In this document: positions 9,812 through 20,151 of the stretch, piece after piece
Layout of the letters: the number at the start of each line of letters is the position of its first letter
Position numbering within the stretch: position 1 is the stretch's first letter
Assembly: GCA_038824035.1 (NCBI GenBank)
Contig: JAWBBW010000004.1
Span: 1-64,000 of the forward strand
Origin: Desulfurococcaceae archaeon
GTDB lineage: Archaea > Thermoproteota > Thermoprotei_A > Sulfolobales > Desulfurococcaceae
Direction of reading: 5' to 3'
Length of the DNA stretch: 64,000 nucleotides
Position numbers and translations under genes: made by a program
Notes under the pieces: generated by a model
The model's database searches: none
Seen by the model: only the letters and a program-made list of their open reading frames with translations
Told to the model about the DNA's origin: nothing

Positions 9812-11050
9812 GTGGGATTAAAGCGCAATATTGAAATAGAGACATTGAAAATGCAGAGTGTAAGGAATATGAGAGTTGAACTAGTTGAGAGAAAAGGGCT
9901 TGGACACCCCGATTACATAGCTGACTCTGCCAGCGAGGTCTCTTCACGTATTCTATGCAAATACTATCTCAAGGAATTCGGCACGATTCTCCACCACAAT
10001 TTAGATAAAACACTAGTCGTGGGAGGGCAGTCAGCTCCGAGATTTGGCGGAGGAACAGTCCTTGAACCAATATACATAATCGTTGCCGGGAGAGCCACTA
10101 CAGAGGTTAGGACAAGCGATGGAGTCGTGCATGTACCATTCGGCAAATTAATTGTCGAAGCAGTCAAGGATTGGATAAAGAGGAATTTCAAACACCTAGA
10201 CCCCGAGGCACATGTAATAGTTGATTACAAAGTGAGAAAGGGCAGTGCTGACTTGGTATCAGTGTTCGAGACAGGGAAGAACGTCATGCCCTTAGCCAAT
10301 GACACGAGTATAGGAGTTGGATACGCCCCTTTAACCCCCTTGGAGAAAATAGTGCTGAAAACGGAAATGTTTCTGAACAGCGAGGAATATAAGAGACGAA
10401 ACCCGGCCGTAGGAGAGGACATCAAGGTGATGGGTCTAAGGCGTGATAAAACAATAACACTTACAATTGCAACCGCTATAATAGATAGGGAGGTTAGGGA
10501 TAAATACGAGTATTTCAAGACCAAAGAGGATATAATTGCGACAGTGAAAGAGCTTAGCGCTGAAATAGCACCAGATTATAACATAGAGGTGTATGTAAAC
10601 ACGGCTGATATACCTGAGAAAAACAGTTTCTACCTCACAGTGACCGGCACTTCGGCTGAACACGGCGATGACGGTGCAACTGGAAGAGGGAACAGGGCTA
10701 ATGGCCTTATAACGCCGATGCGCCCGATCAGTATCGAGGCCACTGCTGGTAAGAACCCCGTTAACCACGTTGGCAAGATATATAATGTCGTGGCCAGGAC
10801 CATAGCAGAGAAAGTCTATAATCAATTCAGCGATATATTCAGCGATGTATACGTGGAGATCCTAAGCCAGATCGGTAGGCCAATAGATCAGCCGTTAATA
10901 GCCAGCATAAAATTAATACCCATTGACCCAGGGCATGGCGATATACCGGGGCATGTTAGAAACGAGATATATGGCATAGCCGATGAGGAATTGGCAAATA
11001 TAAGGAAAGTCACAGAGCTCGTGTTAAATGACCTAGTTATCCTATACTAG
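9812..11050 (+). CDS. mat: Archaeal-type S-adenosylmethionine synthetase
   Basis: [62 protein letters not shown]. Confidence 0.97.
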   Translation: MGLKRNIEIETLKMQSVRNMRVELVERKGLGHPDYIADSASEVSSRILCKYYLKEFGTILHHNLDKTLVVGGQSAPRFGGGTVLEPIYIIVAGRATTEVRTSDGVVHVPFGKLIVEAVKDWIKRNFKHLDPEAHVIVDYKVRKGSADLVSVFETGKNVMPLANDTSIGVGYAPLTPLEKIVLKTEMFLNSEEYKRRNPAVGEDIKVMGLRRDKTITLTIATAIIDREVRDKYEYFKTKEDIIATVKELSAEIAPDYNIEVYVNTADIPEKNSFYLTVTGTSAEHGDDGATGRGNRANGLITPMRPISIEATAGKNPVNHVGKIYNVVARTIAEKVYNQFSDIFSDVYVEILSQIGRPIDQPLIASIKLIPIDPGHGDIPGHVRNEIYGIADEELANIRKVTELVLNDLVILY

Positions 11051-13045
11051 TTTACGCCTAGATCTCTGGTATTCTTCGATCATTTTTATTATATTCTCAT
11101 GCATTTTTTCAACACGGCGTCTCTCGATCTCTTTCCATTGCGCATTCACCTCGATCAACACCTCTTTTCTCACAAGCACGTAATCATCTAGGCTTAACAA
11201 AACTTCGGTTTTCACAATAGGTATTCCCAGCTCTAAGCCCCTGTTAACATCCACGTTGCCCCCTACGAGAAGGGCTATTCTATTGTTCTTCATGCATTCA
11301 ATAATTTCCTTACCCAGGAACATCCCAATATCATTGTCAGTGATATCTAGGTAGATCGCGGGTGATTTCAAATTATATATGTCTTCACAGCTTATCGATG
11401 AATACCTGGGTATTAACGATAAATCTCCTTTACCTAGTGATATTAACATGTTTTCAAGTAAATGGATCCTTTCCTTTAAAGTATTTATTGTCTTTTCTTT
11501 TTCCTCGAGTTTTCTTTTGATATGATCTATCTCCATGTTTAACAGGGCAATCCTCCGTTCATACTCATCTATGCCTGGTTTACGCGATCTCAATAACTTG
11601 ATCTCTGTTTTCAAATCACTGATCACCAGTTCTTTCTCCCTTAATTCCTCTTCAAGCCTCTTGACAGTGTTCTCCAAGACACGTATTCTCTCATGTAGCT
11701 TGTTAATGCTCTCGCCACTGATTGCTGCTTCGCTTTTTTCCCGTTTAATTTGCTCTACTTCTCCATGGCTACCTATGTTAAGGGTTTTCATGAAGTATTC
11801 ATCCAACACTTCGCTGAGAGGCTTTCCTCTGATGACCTCGGCCACTATTTTCTCCTTATCTATACCTGGTATTTTCTCTATTTTAGCCATGATCTCTTCA
11901 ACCAAATTCTTGATCGAGTGATAGGCCTTAACCGCCGCTACAAGCGCATCTCTCACATGTGTATCCGGTATTTCAACCCCGTATCTCTCCACTACATCCT
12001 TCATAACCCTGTTTTTCTCATCGATCGAGATATCGGAATCCGGTGCATATAACACAGCGTTCAGTAATCCAGCCATCTTTTTAACAAAATCAGGTGGCTT
12101 CGACATATCAGTTGCCAGGATAACGACATCTCCATGATGCGATATTTGTCTCAATACCTCATCCCTATCAGGGCCTTTGACGCTGGCTGTGAAAACCGGT
12201 CTTCCATAAATATCTATTACAGCTACGCCTATGTTCATGCCAGGGTCTAAACCAACTATGACAGGTCTCCTAGGAGAGATGTCCCTGTAATAAGTGTTCT
12301 TAGCGAGCACAGGACGTATAATGATCTTTATGTTCTTATGCCTTATAGGCTTGATCAACCCGTATAACCGCTCTCTCGGCGCATATATTATAAACATGCT
12401 TCTCTCTAATCCACCCTCGCTCTTTCTGAGCACCATGTCATAATCTATTTTATTCTCATCGAGGATCTCTTTCACTTTCTTTGTAACGTGCAGTATCGAT
12501 GCCCTTATACTCCTCTTGAAACGTTCACTACTCATACCTCCCTGTGAAACTGTGCGCCCCTTTGTTATGATCAAGAGTGTCTTGTCCCCGAAAACCCTAA
12601 GTTCTTGGCCATAGCCATTATAAACAGCATATGCATTTATAAATGCCGTGTAGAGTGGAGAGGGCTTGGACACCTGTAAATCAAGCTCTCTCGCTATTTC
12701 ACTCACACCCTTAACCTCCTCCCCTATTCCAGTGACCTGTATTATCTTGCAATTAGGAGGTAGTAGGGACATTATTTTAATGAGGTCTTTGTTATCACGC
12801 GCAATCTCATATACATTATCAACCGCGATTGCATCGACATGGTATTCTAGGACCAGTCTTAGGACCTTGTTTAAAGGCACGTCATCGTATTTACCTATGA
12901 TACGTCCATCTCTCAATACCACGACAGCGTAATGTGGTAATTTCGTGGAATACGGGGAATATCCGGGTAATATATCTATTCCCATTATAGTTTTAATGAC
13001 TACCCCCATGTCATCTACATAACTGAAGGGGTAAAATACCTGCAC
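11042..13045 (-). CDS. DUF460-domain protein (two RNase H-like folds plus a long coiled coil)
   Basis: IMGIDI, AVDNVYE, GGMSSERFKR, IVGLDPG, H.RDAL.AA, C-terminal coiled coil. The true start is probably ATG at 13009. Confidence 0.85.
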   Translation of the reverse strand: MQVFYPFSYVDDMGVVIKTIMGIDILPGYSPYSTKLPHYAVVVLRDGRIIGKYDDVPLNKVLRLVLEYHVDAIAVDNVYEIARDNKDLIKIMSLLPPNCKIIQVTGIGEEVKGVSEIARELDLQVSKPSPLYTAFINAYAVYNGYGQELRVFGDKTLLIITKGRTVSQGGMSSERFKRSIRASILHVTKKVKEILDENKIDYDMVLRKSEGGLERSMFIIYAPRERLYGLIKPIRHKNIKIIIRPVLAKNTYYRDISPRRPVIVGLDPGMNIGVAVIDIYGRPVFTASVKGPDRDEVLRQISHHGDVVILATDMSKPPDFVKKMAGLLNAVLYAPDSDISIDEKNRVMKDVVERYGVEIPDTHVRDALVAAVKAYHSIKNLVEEIMAKIEKIPGIDKEKIVAEVIRGKPLSEVLDEYFMKTLNIGSHGEVEQIKREKSEAAISGESINKLHERIRVLENTVKRLEEELREKELVISDLKTEIKLLRSRKPGIDEYERRIALLNMEIDHIKRKLEEKEKTINTLKERIHLLENMLISLGKGDLSLIPRYSSISCEDIYNLKSPAIYLDITDNDIGMFLGKEIIECMKNNRIALLVGGNVDVNRGLELGIPIVKTEVLLSLDDYVLVRKEVLIEVNAQWKEIERRRVEKMHENIIKMIEEYQRSRRKLV

Positions 13046-13061
13046 TTATTCCTCTAACCAC

Positions 13062-13952
13062 CTATTTACGCTCCCACTCCACCACTCTTTTGAATGCCTC
13101 GTTGTAATCCAGGTCCACGCCATATGTTTTCCTGAAAAACCTCGTTATATAATATACGTCTCTCTTCAACAATTCAAATGCGTTTGGCTCATCCCTATAC
13201 ACGTATTGAGGCCAATCTATTATGAACGGTGTTTCATCGCTTCTACGTACAAGTATATTGTATTCACTAAGATCTCCATGCACTATGGACGCCTTGTGAT
13301 AAGCTATCGCAAGGGTTTCAAGCACCTTGGTCAAGACCTGTTCTGGATTATTCAGAGAAGGCTTCTTACACAGCTCCACCCCATCAATGAACTCCGTGAC
13401 CACCACATGCCTGTTATAGCCAATTGGCACTGGCACATATGCATTTAAATAGGCTAATTCTCTCAATGCCTTATACTCCCTTTCAGCCGCTATTTTGGAT
13501 TGCTCATACCATGAATGTCTTCCCTCAATACTCCATTTCCTAGTCCTGGCTGTTTTCCTAAAACTGGTCCTACCTATTCTAAATATTTTAACAGCTAAAT
13601 ACACACCACCAGGAGCTAACCCAATGTATATCTCGCTTTCTTTCCCAACATTAATCTTATCGCCAATTGCCTCAAACACGTTCGCGTCAACGAGGGCCTT
13701 GAAAGCCAACATATCGTAGCCAGTATATGTTAACCTGTAAGCGAATTTACCACTAATTGTTTTCCTCTTAACTAGTTTAAGAGAATGCAACTTGCTCAAG
13801 ATGAGTGTTATTTTCTCCTCGTGAAGACCTGAATACCTCTCTATGATTTCAAGTGGCACGTACTCTCTTCTCCTCAGCCCTCTCTCAATAGCGTTCAAGA
13901 CCTTGAAATCATCATCCATGAGGCTTTTATATACTAAGCCAAGATTGGCCAT
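13062..13952 (-). CDS. rio2: RIO2-family Ser/Thr kinase/ATPase
   Basis: N-terminal winged helix (YRLTYTGYD), GKESEIY, GRTSFR, VHGDLSEYNI, IDWPQ. Confidence 0.93.
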   Translation of the reverse strand: MANLGLVYKSLMDDDFKVLNAIERGLRRREYVPLEIIERYSGLHEEKITLILSKLHSLKLVKRKTISGKFAYRLTYTGYDMLAFKALVDANVFEAIGDKINVGKESEIYIGLAPGGVYLAVKIFRIGRTSFRKTARTRKWSIEGRHSWYEQSKIAAEREYKALRELAYLNAYVPVPIGYNRHVVVTEFIDGVELCKKPSLNNPEQVLTKVLETLAIAYHKASIVHGDLSEYNILVRRSDETPFIIDWPQYVYRDEPNAFELLKRDVYYITRFFRKTYGVDLDYNEAFKRVVEWERK

Positions 13953-14026
13953 TAAAGCACCTGGTCAGGATTTCAGACGTGTCCTCGAAAATAATATGGC
14001 TTCAATTACGGCGGAATATCTATGGC

Positions 14027-15403
14027 TCATTTCAAGAACATTTGTTCATATTGTCTTAGATATTGAACACTGGCTGAGACATCTATGAACAATGTCTTTG
14101 CCCTGTCGACATCCTCCACGTTGATGATTTGTGAGCCCCTTTCCTCGGCTATTATCCTAGCCGGCTCCAATAATTGAACGGCATATCTTAGACTGGTTTT
14201 ACTCCCTATTTCAACTAGTTTTTCAAGTGCCTCTTTGCTTAGTTCTATCTCCATTTCCTCTGCACGTATCTTTATAATCTCCCTGATCTCATCGGGCGTG
14301 TAGGGCTTGGTTGGTATGATCAATAGCCTGTCCAGCAAATCGAGTGGCATGCCATGAGGTGATTCAATGTCCGTGCCCCTTATCTTAGCGAACCCCCTAT
14401 TAGTTGCCAATATTATGATTGGGGCGAACTCGCTCTCCATGGCCCTTGTTAGGAAACTGAAAGACTCTATATCCAACATATGCGCGTCATCTATGAATAG
14501 CACTCCGGGTATTAATTCACCTTTTTTCTCATCAATCCATTTCTTGATGGTTTCATCCACTTGTTTTCTAACTTCTGATGGTATCTCTCTTTCAAATGTT
14601 ATGCCAAAAATGCTGATCATACTTCTCTGGACAGCGAAATACACATCAAGGTCATGTAGCGTAAACACGTTCACAATCTCCTTTTCCTTTTTCACATGCC
14701 CACGAGGTATTTCAACTACCCGCTTTGTTTCAATATCATATGTCCTAGCACCTTCCAATTCCTTGGTTCTACCCACCCTGTGAACTCTCCCTGTTTCAGC
14801 ATCGATCCATATCACATCGCCTTTTCTAATACCCATCTCTATGATCTGCTGTGTGACCTCTTCTGGAACAGTGAGAGTTAATTCCTCGTCCTTGGTAGCG
14901 AGGACTATCCTTGCCTCCACAGGCACCGTGAGATATGGAACCATTGGATGCCTAGCCCGCCTGACCTTAACTTCCTTAACCACGCCTTCATACACTTTCC
15001 TGATCTCCTTTATTTTCACTCCAAGGGCCTTTCTCACAGCCTCCATCAACACCTCTGTTTTCTTTCTCTCCGTGCTATATATCTCACTGCCACTCATCAT
15101 GACAAAAGGCGTGTCTTCCCCCAACTCCCTTGCTATGGCCACTGCAATAGCTGTTTTGCCAGTACCTGGCGGTCCAACTAGCAATATGCCTCTGCCGGAT
15201 AACCGACCTTCCCTAATCATCTTGACTATTATACCCGCCGCTTCTCGCGCCTCTAATTGCCCAACTAACCCCTCTGCTTTGAAAATAGCCTTGCCTTTTT
15301 CATCGAGCCCTAGACCCCTTATATGACTGTGTGAACTTATCCTCCTCCTGGCAACACTTTCGATCCTTATCCCACTCATGGTCTCAACCACGAATTGCCC
15401 CAA
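14027..15403 (-). CDS. TIP49/RuvB-like AAA+ ATPase
   Basis: HSHIRGLGL, GPPGTGKT, SEIYS, LFIDDAHMLD, ATNRG, SPHGMP.DLLDRL. Confidence 0.95.
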   Translation of the reverse strand: MGQFVVETMSGIRIESVARRRISSHSHIRGLGLDEKGKAIFKAEGLVGQLEAREAAGIIVKMIREGRLSGRGILLVGPPGTGKTAIAVAIARELGEDTPFVMMSGSEIYSTERKKTEVLMEAVRKALGVKIKEIRKVYEGVVKEVKVRRARHPMVPYLTVPVEARIVLATKDEELTLTVPEEVTQQIIEMGIRKGDVIWIDAETGRVHRVGRTKELEGARTYDIETKRVVEIPRGHVKKEKEIVNVFTLHDLDVYFAVQRSMISIFGITFEREIPSEVRKQVDETIKKWIDEKKGELIPGVLFIDDAHMLDIESFSFLTRAMESEFAPIIILATNRGFAKIRGTDIESPHGMPLDLLDRLLIIPTKPYTPDEIREIIKIRAEEMEIELSKEALEKLVEIGSKTSLRYAVQLLEPARIIAEERGSQIINVEDVDRAKTLFIDVSASVQYLRQYEQMFLK

Positions 15404-15569
15404 TTTTTTTCTATTTTAACACAATCTCTATCTGGGATAATTATTTAGCCATTATATATCTTTGAACACGTATACCATGACTAAAACGCGTTAATAAACA
15501 AAGTTTTAAAAGACGATGTCTTACAAATAAATGTGTCTGGAATTATATCAGGGCCAGGAGTGAAAAGAT

Positions 15570-16397
15570 TTGAAACCCTTAGTGAATAGTTTGTTGAAAG
15601 ATTTCGAGGATCTAGTCAATGAACTGCGTAGAATCGGTATCTCCAAGGCCGATGAGGAGAAATTAATAAGCCTCAGAGACATGTTGGTCAATACAAAGAA
15701 ACCGAGCATACTCACACAGGACTTGCTAACTAGTTATTACACGGCCTTGTCAACAGTGACAGAGGCATTAATAGCCATTAGGAATCTAAAGGACTATCTA
15801 TCGATCTCGATAATAATAGACAAGGTCAAGGAAAATATTAGAGAATTCGCCGAGATGCTTGGAAAAGCATATAGACGCGAGAAAATACAATTGAATATAC
15901 CAATATATCTCGGCCTCTTCATAACACTAGTAAACTTGATGAGCGAGCCGGGCCTTCAATCACTGATCCCAACGCTCTTAGCACTGCTAGCCCTCTCAAT
16001 GTCTTGGATTAACGTATATATAGGGTTATCAATAGTATTGGTGATAAGTGCTGTTAATATATTGGTCTTCGGACTATATGTTGAAGTGTTATTCACCAAC
16101 ATATTGCTCGCACTCTCCGCTATAATGTATATGTACATAATATACATGTCCCATTCACATAGGTATGCAGAGAGACTTAACCTCGCCGTAGAAAGCATGC
16201 GCGCAGCGCTGATTAGTAAGTTAAAGCCAATTGACAGAGACGACGTGCTCGATACGTTATACACTAGTAATGTCGATAACAACAAGGTAATACATTCCAT
16301 GTTATCGGAGCTCGTGGATAATGTCTCGCTTAGACGGTATAAAATCGCTGTCATGTTGATGAATGGCTTATCCATATACCACGATCACAAGACCTAG
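15570..16397 (+). CDS. Hypothetical membrane protein
   Basis: 275-aa ORF with an AGGAGTG RBS and a central cluster of about 4 hydrophobic helices. No family recognised. Confidence 0.7.
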   Translation: MKPLVNSLLKDFEDLVNELRRIGISKADEEKLISLRDMLVNTKKPSILTQDLLTSYYTALSTVTEALIAIRNLKDYLSISIIIDKVKENIREFAEMLGKAYRREKIQLNIPIYLGLFITLVNLMSEPGLQSLIPTLLALLALSMSWINVYIGLSIVLVISAVNILVFGLYVEVLFTNILLALSAIMYMYIIYMSHSHRYAERLNLAVESMRAALISKLKPIDRDDVLDTLYTSNVDNNKVIHSMLSELVDNVSLRRYKIAVMLMNGLSIYHDHKT

Positions 16398-16458
16398 CCT
16401 CTCATAGCAGAGGCACGCTTAAATCGAGGAAACTGTTTAAATAACCTCTGTTTAACTA

Positions 16459-16950
16459 ATGTTTCTGAAGGCCGGTGAGACCATGTCTGAGAAAAAACAG
16501 AGCAAAACAACCACTACTGAGAAGAGCAAGGAAATAAAAATTGTGAGCAAACAGGTGGTAACGCTCAGCGATATTGAGAAAAATCCACGACTGATCAAAT
16601 TGTTATACATAATATCATTAACTAATGGGATCAGCGAGAAAGCGTTGATCCAGTTGTTGTACCTAATGAAGGAGAACGGGTTGGACCTCAATTACAAGTT
16701 CATCAATATAGCCAATATGATATCCAGTAAAGACGTGTTAAACGAGCTCGTAATGCTCAAATACGCCGGGTTAATCGAGGTCATACATAGGAAGATAGCT
16801 ATAACGGGACTTGGGAAAGAATTCCTGTCTAAGAAACTAGATAAACTGGGAAATGATGCTGAGGTCTTGAAAAAACTTTATAGTGAGCTAAAACCGAAGA
16901 TCGCCCCTATAGATGTGGAGATCGATATAAAGGCGCGGAGAAAAACCTAA
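16459..16950 (+). CDS. Hypothetical winged-helix protein
   Basis: L...L..L...GLIE....I.ITGLGKEFL wHTH wing pattern. Lys-rich N-terminus. Probable start ATG at 16483 after GGTGAG. Confidence 0.7.
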   Translation: MFLKAGETMSEKKQSKTTTTEKSKEIKIVSKQVVTLSDIEKNPRLIKLLYIISLTNGISEKALIQLLYLMKENGLDLNYKFINIANMISSKDVLNELVMLKYAGLIEVIHRKIAITGLGKEFLSKKLDKLGNDAEVLKKLYSELKPKIAPIDVEIDIKARRKT

Positions 16951-17352
16951 CTATATTGTTGGCTGTATTCTCCTCCTAGTTTCCTTTTCTTCCTTAGTAC
17001 CTATGGAGAATAATGGGTTTATAGAGCCCTCTGTCTCTAGTTTTTTCAAGTAATTGCTAAACTTACTTGTATGATCTATGTCAAGGTCTATTAGCTCGTA
17101 GAATACATGCCTCAACCTAGACCAAAGCTCCACGAGTAGTTCACGTGGCATGTGAGTTGTGATCATGGGGTCTCTGAGCCATTGGTCAAATGCCTCGATC
17201 GTCCTACTCATGTGTTGAAAAGCCAATCTAGACAATGTTATTAATGTTAATCTATCAGCGTCTTTATAGTTCTCCTCGGCCTTTGCAAACATCTCTTTTA
17301 TTTCAAGCTGCCTCTTAATCCACGCTTCTAGGTTTTGATAGAAACTACTCAT
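16951..17352 (-). CDS. DUF2153-family crenarchaeal protein
   Basis: W...Q, ADRL.LI...R.AFQHM.RT..AFDQWL.DP, DI.HTS motif set. Confidence 0.8.
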   Translation of the reverse strand: MSSFYQNLEAWIKRQLEIKEMFAKAEENYKDADRLTLITLSRLAFQHMSRTIEAFDQWLRDPMITTHMPRELLVELWSRLRHVFYELIDLDIDHTSKFSNYLKKLETEGSINPLFSIGTKEEKETRRRIQPTI

Positions 17353-17408
17353 TACGATGCTCCCCTGGACCAGGCTATGCTGAGTATTAATCCCCTTAAT
17401 AACTATTC

Positions 17409-18155
17409 ATGTTTACATATGTGTCTTGGTTGAAAGAGATGAGGAGTTTGAGTGAACCAGAGATCTTAATTGGAATCGATGAAGCGGGTAGAGGCCCTTT
17501 AATAGGCGATATGGTTGTGGCAGGGGTTATGGGGGCTAAAGGCCAGTTTGAGAAATTGGCTGAAATCGGGGTTAAAGATAGTAAAAAATTACAACCGCAT
17601 CAAAGATACCATCTATACAAGGAGATAGTGAGAAGCGACCTATATATCTTGATCATATATGTGCCTCCTTTCAAGATAGATAGCGAGAACTTGAACAAGC
17701 TATTGGCCAGCTCTATTAGGAGAATACTTGGCTATTTCTCGAGGATTGTCTTGAAAAACGATAAATCAATTGGCATAATAATAGATGAAGTCAAGGGTAT
17801 AAAAAAGATCGTGGAGAAATATGCCAGGGAGTTGTTTAAACAACGTTTATCTATTTTCGTAATGGAGCCTCATGCCGACTCCAAGTACATCCCGGTGTCA
17901 ACCGCCAGCATAGTGGCCAAGATCAGTAGAGACAAGAATATTGAGATTTTGAAAAAGCTTCTGGGAGATTTCGGCTCGGGTTATCCCTCAGACCCCCTCA
18001 CCAGGGAATGGCTAATTGAAAAACAACTTGAATTGACACAACCACCGTTGATATTAAGGAGGAGTTGGCATACGGTTAAGGATTTAGCCCCCTTGTGGTA
18101 TAGAGAAAAAGGAAAAATCAGTAAAAACATCATGGATTTTACAATTAAGAAATAG
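17409..18155 (+). CDS. rnhB: Ribonuclease HII
   Basis: GIDEAGRGPLIG, GVKDSKKL, ADSKY..VSTASIVAK, GSGYPSDP. The true start is probably TTG at 17448. Confidence 0.96.
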   Translation: MFTYVSWLKEMRSLSEPEILIGIDEAGRGPLIGDMVVAGVMGAKGQFEKLAEIGVKDSKKLQPHQRYHLYKEIVRSDLYILIIYVPPFKIDSENLNKLLASSIRRILGYFSRIVLKNDKSIGIIIDEVKGIKKIVEKYARELFKQRLSIFVMEPHADSKYIPVSTASIVAKISRDKNIEILKKLLGDFGSGYPSDPLTREWLIEKQLELTQPPLILRRSWHTVKDLAPLWYREKGKISKNIMDFTIKK

Positions 18156-18172
18156 AAAAGGTCTATGCCAAT

Positions 18173-19336
18173 ATGGTAACAAACCTGCCGGCAGAGGCGA
18201 AAGCTAAATGGATTAAGGTGATGGAAGCTAGAAGTATAGAGGAGAAGATACGGGCACTCGAAGAATTCCTATCAAGTGTCCCTAAACACAAAGGTACAGA
18301 AAGATTGCGGGAATGGGCCACTAAAAGACTAGCCCAGCTTAGAGATGAGCTAGAGGAGAGTAGGAAAAAGAAAAGTGGACGTGGCACATCGTTTTTCATC
18401 GAGAAATCCGGGGCTGCCCAGGTTGTCGTGATAGGCCCACCTAATAGTGGTAAAAGCTTATTAGTCAACAAGTTGACAGGTGCTAGGACCATTATAGCTG
18501 ATTATCCATTTTCAACGACATACCCTGTGCCCGGCATGTTGAGGTATGAGGATGTCTATTTCCAATTAGTTGATGCGCCTCCATTAAGTAAAGATAGTTC
18601 CTTGATCGGCAAAGTGATCGGGCTTATTAGGAACGCCGATTGTTTGCTCATAACATTGGATGCTTCGAGGGATATTCTCGGTGACTATGATGAAATAGTT
18701 GAATTACTAAGGGAGGAGGGCATCCTGATATCTAAGCCTAAGGGGAGAGTTGTAATGGAGATTCAACGTGTTGGTAAATCGGGGATCAGGATAACATCGA
18801 TGGGCAAATTGATTGGAGCTACTCTAGATGATGTGAAAAAACTCCTGGAGAGCTATAGGATATTCAACGCGCATGTCAAGATATACGGCGAGGTCACATT
18901 AGATGATGTAGAGCAAACAATATTCGAGAACACGACATATAAGCCATCAATAGTTTTCATAAATAAATCAGACCTAGGCAAAGTCGATGACACCATCCTC
19001 ATGGAGATAGAGAGGAAAACACCCGGTGTACCAGTTACCGTGGGATCGGCTGTGACCGGAAAGGGCCTGGACAAGATCGCGCCATTGATTTTCAAAACAC
19101 TGGACTTGATAAGGATATATACTAAATCACCTAATACACCCCCTTCGCCCAGGCCCTTGATTTTAAAACGGGGTTCCACGATCTACGATGTCGCCTTGAA
19201 TATACACAAGGACTTTGTCAAGAACTTTCAATACGCCAAGATATGGGGTCCCTCTGCTAAATACCCTGGAGAAAAGGTTGGATTAGACCATGTCGTGGAA
19301 GATGGCGATATCGTTGAAATACATATAAGGGGTTAA
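18173..19336 (+). CDS. DRG/OBG-family GTPase with TGS domain
   Basis: PKHKGTE, G1 GPPNSGKS, G2 DYPFST, G4 NKSD, C-terminal TGS domain (IH......F.YAKIWG...GD.VEIH). Confidence 0.93.
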   Translation: MVTNLPAEAKAKWIKVMEARSIEEKIRALEEFLSSVPKHKGTERLREWATKRLAQLRDELEESRKKKSGRGTSFFIEKSGAAQVVVIGPPNSGKSLLVNKLTGARTIIADYPFSTTYPVPGMLRYEDVYFQLVDAPPLSKDSSLIGKVIGLIRNADCLLITLDASRDILGDYDEIVELLREEGILISKPKGRVVMEIQRVGKSGIRITSMGKLIGATLDDVKKLLESYRIFNAHVKIYGEVTLDDVEQTIFENTTYKPSIVFINKSDLGKVDDTILMEIERKTPGVPVTVGSAVTGKGLDKIAPLIFKTLDLIRIYTKSPNTPPSPRPLILKRGSTIYDVALNIHKDFVKNFQYAKIWGPSAKYPGEKVGLDHVVEDGDIVEIHIRG

Positions 19337-19340
19337 CACA

Positions 19341-19721
19341 TTACGGTGTATTTTCAACTTGATCTTTGTTGGCATGATCAACCATTTCATGGGGTTGACA
19401 GGTGTTTTTCTCAATATTCATCATCGAGACTAGTTCAGTTAATTTCTCGAAAACGCCTTTCTCATCACAGAGATAAACCACACTTGGTTTACTATCCTTC
19501 AAAATCCTTAACGCATCTTCCTCTCCTAAATCGCCTGGGAAAACCACTAGCTTGTGCCTAAACCCCTTCGGCACCACGTTTTTGTCCACGAGTATCTTTA
19601 TACTCGCCTTATCCGTGACCAACCATAGTTCTCCGTTTATCTCCCTTTGTAGTATTTTTAAAAGCCAGTTGACTGTGTCTTTATCTCCGCGAATACTCAC
19701 CACCAAGAGTATCCTCGCCAT
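19341..19721 (-). CDS. Hypothetical protein
   Basis: 126-aa ORF filling the gap between genes, with a GAGGGAG RBS. No family recognised. Confidence 0.6.
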   Translation of the reverse strand: MARILLVVSIRGDKDTVNWLLKILQREINGELWLVTDKASIKILVDKNVVPKGFRHKLVVFPGDLGEEDALRILKDSKPSVVYLCDEKGVFEKLTELVSMMNIEKNTCQPHEMVDHANKDQVENTP

Positions 19722-19776
19722 GTCTCTCCCTCAACTTATTAAGATCCTGGGTTAGATAATAACACAGGGGGTTGTA

Positions 19777-20148
19777 TTGATTATTCAAGAACTCTGTAAT
19801 TACTTGAATAGCCAGGACATCAAAGCCAGGGTTATTGATGAGAAATCCATTAGAATAGATTACGATACATTGCCAATATATCTTTTAGTTGAATTAAGAG
19901 ATGGGAAATACCTATATATTAGCATAAGGTATGAGGATCACTTGAGAGATGTTTTAGAAGATCTCCACGAAGGCGGTGAAAATATAGAAGATGTCGTGGA
20001 GGAAGCCCTTAGCTATCTGAGTGAGATATCGCTCAGGATTAGGAAATGGAGTGAAGCCAGGGGTCTTATCACAGTTTTTAAACTTAAAGAAGGTAGTGTG
20101 GAATTACTAGATATAGTCGAGGAGCTTAAACAAGAACTAGGTGAATAG
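19777..20148 (+). CDS. Hypothetical acidic protein
   Basis: 123-aa ORF with a GGGGGT RBS, ending 3 nt before the phosphohexomutase gene. Confidence 0.65.
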   Translation: MIIQELCNYLNSQDIKARVIDEKSIRIDYDTLPIYLLVELRDGKYLYISIRYEDHLRDVLEDLHEGGENIEDVVEEALSYLSEISLRIRKWSEARGLITVFKLKEGSVELLDIVEELKQELGE

Positions 20149-20151
20149 GTT

